From a virus (lineage: Duplodnaviria; Heunggongvirae; Uroviricota; Caudoviricetes), in the IMG/VR virus record IMGVR_UViG_3300042009_000026, positions 64,001 to 128,000 of that record: a stretch of 64,000 bases of DNA. One strand, given 5' to 3'. This document shows positions 58,293 through 64,000 of the stretch, piece by piece. The notes below the pieces were generated by a model, which ran no database searches, was not told the DNA's origin, and worked only from the letters and a program-made list of their open reading frames with translations. The position numbers were made by a program, and so were the translations under genes. The stretch's first letter is position 1. Each line of letters begins with the position of its first letter.

Positions 58293-59042
58293 ATGTCCCA
58301 AGGTAACATGCCAGCACCAATTCTGAACGCATTCTCGGTCATGTCGACCTGGTTGTATGCACCTCCTGTTCAGGGTTCTACCAAACGTCCATCGATCCGC
58401 TTTGCTGTTCGTGGTAACGTTCCAACGATCTTCACCAAGACCGGGGTAGATGGCGATGAGAACCATGGCAAGATCGACTTCCGCATGGATCTCGCAACCT
58501 TCGCTGCGGCAATGCATTACATCAAGCAACTCGTGAACAAAGTTGAAGGTGTTCCAACCAAACGTATTTTCATCTATCAGGACGACTTCCTGGCAGGTAA
58601 GAAACTGGACAAAGTGATTCCTCTGTCCAAGTGGGAAATCGGTCGTTCACAAGACGGTCGTGTGTACATGGCGGTACTGTCTACCAAGACCAGCCGTCCA
58701 CGTATCCCATTCTACTTCGGCCCATCCAAGTATCACTCCATCCAGAATGGCGATGGTTCTGAGATCACCCCGGTAGAAATGTCTGAAGCTTACGCAATGG
58801 GCTTCATGGTTCCTGCTGAAGCAATCGTCTACAACCTGATGGTAAGCTCGTTCGATGAGAATGCCAAGAACGTTGCCAACCCAGCCAACTTCGGTGGCGG
58901 CAATAGTGGTGGTGGCGGTGGGAATCGTGGCGGCAACTTCGGCGGTGGTAACCGCGGTGGTGGCAATAGTAACTACAGCGGAGGTAACTCCTCCCCTGCC
59001 CCAATGGCAGACGCCGGTTTCGGCGATGTAATGGATTTCTGA
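58293..59042 (+). CDS. phiKZ gp67-like protein (recalled as Imp6); SSB-like layout with a Gly/Asn/RGG tail
   Basis: Folded N-domain, GGNRGGNFGGGNRGG tail ending DVMDF; synteny. Confidence 0.65.
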   Translation: MSQGNMPAPILNAFSVMSTWLYAPPVQGSTKRPSIRFAVRGNVPTIFTKTGVDGDENHGKIDFRMDLATFAAAMHYIKQLVNKVEGVPTKRIFIYQDDFLAGKKLDKVIPLSKWEIGRSQDGRVYMAVLSTKTSRPRIPFYFGPSKYHSIQNGDGSEITPVEMSEAYAMGFMVPAEAIVYNLMVSSFDENAKNVANPANFGGGNSGGGGGNRGGNFGGGNRGGGNSNYSGGNSSPAPMADAGFGDVMDF

Positions 59043-59050
59043 TAAAGTAA

Positions 59051-59082
59051 AGGGCGTCCTCATTTGAGGATGCTCTATGCCC
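59051..59082 (+). terminator. Hairpin followed by TATGCC
   Basis: AGGGCGTCCTC-ATTT-GAGGATGCTCT. Confidence 0.7.
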
Positions 59083-59094
59083 CAACTGCGGGAC

Positions 59095-59122
59095 TGGAAA
59101 AAATCTCAGATCTATATTACTA
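59095..59122 (+). promoter_or_regulatory. Extended early promoter of the gp68-gp70 operon
   Basis: Identical 28-mer to the chmA promoter. Confidence 0.85.
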
Positions 59123-59149
59123 TCTGGCTAATCAGAAGAAGGAATAAAT

Positions 59150-60724
59150 GTGCAGCTAATTGTTTCGGGAATCCAGGGGTCAGGCTTCACTGAAGTCACC
59201 GCTGAACACCAAGGTCAGAAACTGGCATTCACCACAAAGATCTATTGCAAGGTAAAGCTCGCAGAACAACAACGTGTCTTTAAGGAGATCAACAGTTATT
59301 GGGAATTCCTCGGTGCAGCACCGCAACAGAAAATCTGGGAATCGTATCAGAAGATCCATGAGATTCTGAACATGTCGCTGGATTCGGTACGAGTAGCAAT
59401 GTCGCTAAGACATTATATTCGTGAGATGTATACACACATGCCAATGAACGGCATGCGTCGTTGGTTGTCGACTATGGGTAACTTGTTTATCCCAGTTGAA
59501 ATCGAACGTATCATCACAGCTGAGTCCCGTTACAACAAGAAAGATCAAACCTATCTCGAACACGAATATATCAACCTGGCTACTGTTTCGTTGGCTATCC
59601 GTCCGATGATCCCGGTCTTTGGTGAATATCTCGAAAGCAGTTCCGAGTATGACCATAACAAAGAAACGGAAGTGTTGGGTCTGCTGCATGATTGTGAAGT
59701 AGCAAACTGGCCATTGAATGAAGTGGGTCCTCATGGCGAGGAAGTTGATACTGCATTCGATAAGCTGGCTGGCTATGTACAGTTCTGTGTGGAAGATGAA
59801 CCAACTACTCTCGGTCGTTTGTGGCGTGGGATGTCTTCGGTAGAGGTACCAGTGCATCTGCGATCCAAAGTTCTGGTTCGTCGATTGACGATTGTCCCCC
59901 TGGACGATATCACCTCGTTCTCCATTGTAGCGAATGCGTATCGTTACGTGCGTTCTATCATTAACCCGAATGAACGTACAACTGCAGAGCGTGTGAATGA
60001 AAAGAAACCTGAGTCTGGCGGAGATGAAGATGAGAAGACTTCCTTCCTCGAAGCTCACAAGACAAAACATCGGGTGCCACCAGGTGACATCGAAGCTTTC
60101 AACCTGGACACTTACGATCATGTCAAACTCGCCCAACGGGTTGACCCTACAGTTGATCTGAAGAAACTTCAGTTGTGTCTCAACGCAATGAAGAATGTTC
60201 AGAACGTAGCAATCAATCCACACCAAGTAAAGATCGCCCAATGGGTGATGGCAAAGGCATTCCCAGCTAAAGCGTTCTACCATACTAACAAGATGGCTAC
60301 GAACAACATGCTGGCGACTTCCCAAGCTCTGCTCTGGCATTGGGGCTTCCTGGACATCGCGGTGTTCCAGCAAGTTGAATTGTTGAAGCAAGGTGAATCG
60401 GGTTCTCAGTTCCAACTGGGTTCTACTCGAACGAACTCTCGAATTCCGAATCGTTATAAAGACGAACTGAATGAGCTGTTCCCTCACCAAAAGGCGCCAC
60501 AGTATACCAACGCTGGTGTACCAATGCGTACTGAGAATATGGCAGGCTCTGCAATCAGTACTGCCACCGCATCTATCCATGCTTCCAATTGGATCTATCG
60601 CGGGCCGGATGAGCTGTATAAAGAAGCTGGTCAAGTTACCAACAACCATGTACTCGTAATTCCGCAGACCATCAAAGCTACGTTGACAGAACTCGTTCTG
60701 CATCTGGGCCGTCTAAACAAGTAA
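59150..60724 (+). CDS. nvRNAP fifth (sigma-like) subunit, phiKZ gp68-like
   Basis: Resembles the recalled gp68 along its length (QQRVFKEINSYW, VQFCVEDE, LLWHWGF, ELVLHLGRLN); GTG start. Confidence 0.9.
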   Translation: MQLIVSGIQGSGFTEVTAEHQGQKLAFTTKIYCKVKLAEQQRVFKEINSYWEFLGAAPQQKIWESYQKIHEILNMSLDSVRVAMSLRHYIREMYTHMPMNGMRRWLSTMGNLFIPVEIERIITAESRYNKKDQTYLEHEYINLATVSLAIRPMIPVFGEYLESSSEYDHNKETEVLGLLHDCEVANWPLNEVGPHGEEVDTAFDKLAGYVQFCVEDEPTTLGRLWRGMSSVEVPVHLRSKVLVRRLTIVPLDDITSFSIVANAYRYVRSIINPNERTTAERVNEKKPESGGDEDEKTSFLEAHKTKHRVPPGDIEAFNLDTYDHVKLAQRVDPTVDLKKLQLCLNAMKNVQNVAINPHQVKIAQWVMAKAFPAKAFYHTNKMATNNMLATSQALLWHWGFLDIAVFQQVELLKQGESGSQFQLGSTRTNSRIPNRYKDELNELFPHQKAPQYTNAGVPMRTENMAGSAISTATASIHASNWIYRGPDELYKEAGQVTNNHVLVIPQTIKATLTELVLHLGRLNK

Positions 60725-60739
60725 TCAAGAGGTAGATCA

Positions 60740-62413
60740 ATGTACAACACCATGGCAGGTATGGGCAAACCTAATGTTCGTATCGGTAACCTCGTTCTGG
60801 TTCAATCCGGTACTTATCAAGAGCAACACATGCGTCCGTTCCAAATGAACGTGACTAATGATGCGATCAATGCATTGCATTCTGCTACTCGGGGCGGTAT
60901 GAACCTTGGTGTATCTGCAGTGCAAGATATTGCCGGTACTATCGTCAGACCTGCAGCCATGACCGAAGGTGTCGTTGGTATCTGTGGTGATGGTTGGCAG
61001 TCCCGTCGCTTCCGTGGTTTCGTTCGAGTGCACGAAGAGCATCCGATCATCAAAGCCACAGCCACTCAGCGTATCTTCTTCATCTATAGTGACCAGTGTG
61101 ATGTGTCCTATGGTAATCTCCTCGATCCGAACATGCGGGTGTATTTCAACTCCGAAACTGTAATCGCAGAAGAAACCAAACAAACTGCAATGGGTCTGCA
61201 GAAGTTTGCGAAAGTGGTATCTGCAAACCAAATCGTAACTCCAGTTGATATGATGGCTGGTAACAATGGTCTGTTCAGTGCCCCTAGCTCTCACCTGATT
61301 CGTCCTGAAGATATCTTCTCGATCGGTCAGACTGGTGCAATCGTAGAGCGTCTCCAGAACTCTGGTCGCTTCGCTGGTACGATCAACCGCATGCATGATC
61401 ACCGGACTATGGTTGGTGAGTGTGGTGCTTATCAGTATTCTCATCGTCAGGATACTTCCCCAGTTCGTTATGTGTCGAACACTCTGAGTGCATTCCAGCA
61501 TTCCGTTCGTGAAGCCGACATGCTGGGTGATGATCAGTTCGGCAATACTGCAGCTAACTCGAAAGAGCATCTGTATGGTGAAGCTCAGTCGTATGCAGCC
61601 AATACCAATATCCATAGCAATAGTTTCCTGGCTCTGTTGAAAGAACGTGCCGGTTATATGGAACGTGGCTATGTGACTTGGGGTGAGCTGTGCATGCTGT
61701 TCCCTGAGTTGGTTCAGCAGCATGGTTGTGCACAATGGGCCATGGACAATGGTCAGTCGATGCGTAAGGTTAACCACGCGCAAGATTCGATGCACTTCCA
61801 TGGTGCAGACATGACTTCCATCGCGGCGTCTACTCTGGCTCAAACCATTCCATCTCTGATGATGGATACATTCCTGCGACATGTAAGTTTCGCAGTAACC
61901 AATGGTGACATGCCTGGGCAGTATCGCTTCGAGTTCCATGGTGAAGGTATCAAGTCGATCATGGAAGGTGTGGATATGCGTCCATATCTCGTAGAGTTCG
62001 AACGGCGGCTGGCAACAGATTGCCTGAACACTATCTCGATGAACAACATGATTCCATTCCAGCTATCCATGTCTTCTGACCTGGCTGGTGATTCGGTAAT
62101 CGATATCTCGCTCCAAGGTGAATCGATCATTCGCTATGTGGCGCCAACTTTCACTGATGGTCTGTTCGCTCCGATCATTACTCGTGACGCTACTAAAGCA
62201 AGCACGATCGCTAACGACATGCTGTATCTGGTGTCTGAAGTCGTACCAAATGCTCCAAAGGCATCTGCACTGCAAGCAATGGCTCAAGGCGGCGCAATGC
62301 AAGAGCAGTTCATGGTTACGCCGTACAATCACCCAACCATGCCTTCCGCTCAATATAACCCGACTCAAATTCAACAAGGTGCTCTGAATGCTATCTCTTT
62401 CGAAGGTCTATGA
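60740..62413 (+). CDS. picA: PicA/Imp1 nuclear-import factor (phiKZ gp69-like)
   Basis: 557 aa directly after gp68; QSGTYQEQHMRPF, GWQSRRFRG, LIRPEDIF; synteny. Confidence 0.8.
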   Translation: MYNTMAGMGKPNVRIGNLVLVQSGTYQEQHMRPFQMNVTNDAINALHSATRGGMNLGVSAVQDIAGTIVRPAAMTEGVVGICGDGWQSRRFRGFVRVHEEHPIIKATATQRIFFIYSDQCDVSYGNLLDPNMRVYFNSETVIAEETKQTAMGLQKFAKVVSANQIVTPVDMMAGNNGLFSAPSSHLIRPEDIFSIGQTGAIVERLQNSGRFAGTINRMHDHRTMVGECGAYQYSHRQDTSPVRYVSNTLSAFQHSVREADMLGDDQFGNTAANSKEHLYGEAQSYAANTNIHSNSFLALLKERAGYMERGYVTWGELCMLFPELVQQHGCAQWAMDNGQSMRKVNHAQDSMHFHGADMTSIAASTLAQTIPSLMMDTFLRHVSFAVTNGDMPGQYRFEFHGEGIKSIMEGVDMRPYLVEFERRLATDCLNTISMNNMIPFQLSMSSDLAGDSVIDISLQGESIIRYVAPTFTDGLFAPIITRDATKASTIANDMLYLVSEVVPNAPKASALQAMAQGGAMQEQFMVTPYNHPTMPSAQYNPTQIQQGALNAISFEGL

Positions 62414-63812
62414 AGGTATCCTGAAGTCCATGCAATATGACGTGGACGAAACAGGACTGGTGAGCATCCTCACCCCGACAGGTACCAAGGCCGAAGCAAC
62501 GGTAGGTGGTGCACGTCTGGTAGTTCCGACTCAGAAGCGTCTGCGTGATGGCTTCACGGAAGACCTGCAACCCTATCATCCATTGTGCGAGAGTCTCTCT
62601 CGCCGTGGTACTTCTCCAGTACTGCAGCACATGCAGCGCTCGGTAAAACAACATCTGGGTTTCCTGGTGTCGTTCCTGGCTGATGCTCTGGTTAAGATGT
62701 CCCTGAATACCAGCATCCATAAAGACCTGCCGCCAGACATGTCTGATGTACTGATGAAGCTTACCGGTGTAACCGATAAGACTCAGGCAATTCTGGATAA
62801 GTTGATTCCAGCTGCACATAAGCAGAACAAGCTGATCACGGTCTATCTGAAAGGTCCTGGTACATTCCAAGGCCAGAAGGTTAATCGGATTGCTGTAATC
62901 CGTTTCCCGATCTTGGATGAACTGGATAATGATGCTGATAAGGACATGGTCCTCGGTGTTAAGATCCCAGCGAAGCAGCGTAAGGTGATCTCTGGTCTGT
63001 TGCGTCTGATCGTTCCTTTCGGTGATAGCCCTGAGGAATATTCGGCTGGTACCATCAGTCGTGTAGCTCCATTCTTCACAGCGTTCCTGCAGGCATATCA
63101 CAAGATCGCAACTCGCATGAATCAATCCATCAATCGTTTCGCTGGCCCTCTGGCATTGCCTCTGAAACCAATCGAACTGTTCCCACTGGAATGGATCGAT
63201 CAGTTCGCAAGCATCTATAACCAGATCCCATCGCTGAATGGTAATGATGGTGGTACTGATGAAGTAGCTGAAGAAACTCAAGCAGCACCTCAGCCACAAC
63301 AGCGGCAGCAGCAGAACCCAGTAATGACTCCGACCCTGAGTGGTAACATGCCTCAGATCGCGAACATGTTCGCACCGCAGCAAGCGAACACAATGGTTCC
63401 ACAGCAGCAACGACCAGCAGCAGCTTCTGCTCCACAAAACCAGAAGCCTAAGCAAACCGTAGCTGATCTGATGCGTGGTAGTGCTCCTCAGATGCCGCAG
63501 ATGCAAGGCTATATGCAACAGCCTCAACAAATGTATCCGCAGCAGCAATATCCACAACAGCAGATGGTCAACCAATATGGTCAGATCATTCAACAACCAA
63601 TGATGCCGCAGATGAATAGCGGTGGTCAAGCTCAGCTGCCATGGGTAATGCAACAGCAGCAACAAATGCAGCCACAGAACCCGTACATGCAGGTGTTCAC
63701 TCAACCACAAATGCAGCAGCAACAGCCGCAGATGATGCAATACGGTCAATATCCACAACAGCAAATGTTCCAACAACCACAACAAGTCCAGTACGGAAGT
63801 AACGGACTGTAA
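62388..63812 (+). CDS. phiKZ gp70-like core protein with a Q/P/M/Y-rich C-terminal third
   Basis: RLVVPT, YHPLCES motifs; synteny; low-complexity tail. Confidence 0.75.
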   Translation: MLSLSKVYEGILKSMQYDVDETGLVSILTPTGTKAEATVGGARLVVPTQKRLRDGFTEDLQPYHPLCESLSRRGTSPVLQHMQRSVKQHLGFLVSFLADALVKMSLNTSIHKDLPPDMSDVLMKLTGVTDKTQAILDKLIPAAHKQNKLITVYLKGPGTFQGQKVNRIAVIRFPILDELDNDADKDMVLGVKIPAKQRKVISGLLRLIVPFGDSPEEYSAGTISRVAPFFTAFLQAYHKIATRMNQSINRFAGPLALPLKPIELFPLEWIDQFASIYNQIPSLNGNDGGTDEVAEETQAAPQPQQRQQQNPVMTPTLSGNMPQIANMFAPQQANTMVPQQQRPAAASAPQNQKPKQTVADLMRGSAPQMPQMQGYMQQPQQMYPQQQYPQQQMVNQYGQIIQQPMMPQMNSGGQAQLPWVMQQQQQMQPQNPYMQVFTQPQMQQQQPQMMQYGQYPQQQMFQQPQQVQYGSNGL

Positions 63813-63841
63813 CGGCATATTGGGAGCCTTCGGGCTCCCAA
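63813..63841. terminator. Bidirectional UUCG terminator
   Basis: CGGCATA-TTGGGAGCC-TTCG-GGCTCCCAA. Confidence 0.85.
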
Positions 63842-63844
63842 TTG

Positions 63845-64000
63845 CTATTTAAATTTTCTACTCATATAGAGTCGAACGATGTTATCGATCTGGTTTTGAT
63901 TCGGTCTAATTAGAACAGGTCGAACCAATGGGTTACTTGGGTCTCGCATTTCTTTAGCGAATTGATTCGGGTTAGTCATTCCATTCATTCGCAGATGAAT
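63845..64000 (-). CDS. C-terminal fragment of a minus-strand gene, possibly T4 gp53/LysM-like baseplate protein
   Basis: Manual translation IHLRMNGMTNPNQF…LIRP…IVRLYMSRKFK-stop. Confidence 0.45.
   Translation of the reverse strand: MHLRMNGMTNPNQFAKEMRDPSNPLVRPVLIRPNQNQIDNIVRLYMSRKFK

Noticed and set aside
59405-63818. Antisense ORFs of 432, 400 and 475 aa opposite gp68, gp69 and gp70
   Set aside because: Same shadow effect; the Leu/His runs mirror Gln/Met codons
1314-63841. Recurrent hairpin repeats as a CRISPR array or mobile-element ends
   Set aside because: Irregular kb-scale spacing, always at gene ends, no cas or transposase genes
1-64000. tRNA or rRNA genes
   Set aside because: No cloverleaf with T-loop/D-loop consensus seen by eye; tRNAscan-SE would be decisive

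Overview
This is a 64 kb segment of a phiKZ-like, nucleus-forming jumbo phage (Chimalliviridae), collinear with roughly phiKZ gp300-gp306/gp1-gp70. It encodes nucleotide metabolism (class Ia RNR nrdAB, DHFR, a nucleoside deoxyribosyltransferase-like protein) and a packaging/virion block (terminase large subunit, gp26/27/28-like proteins, tail sheath and tube, gp32/42/52-like proteins). It also carries the PhuZ tubulin, a split family-B DNA polymerase, and the phage-nucleus core: chimallin ChmA, two non-virion RNAP subunits, an SbcD-like nuclease, gp67, PicA/Imp1, gp70 and a probable ChmB. Between these lie clusters of small hypothetical genes, several of them tandem paralogue arrays. Homologue names come from motif recognition, recalled phiKZ sequences and synteny; no database search was run. 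The least explained signals are non-coding: (i) a multi-stem RNA with a possible kissing loop between chmA and the nvRNAP beta-prime gene; (ii) a second multi-stem element just upstream of the chmA promoter; (iii) about 17 hairpin terminators with TATG (the late-promoter core) next to the stem; (iv) a 26-28 nt extended early promoter; and (v) a G-rich palindrome in an AT-rich gap near 29.7 kb. I found no tRNA, rRNA, CRISPR array, intron or intein.
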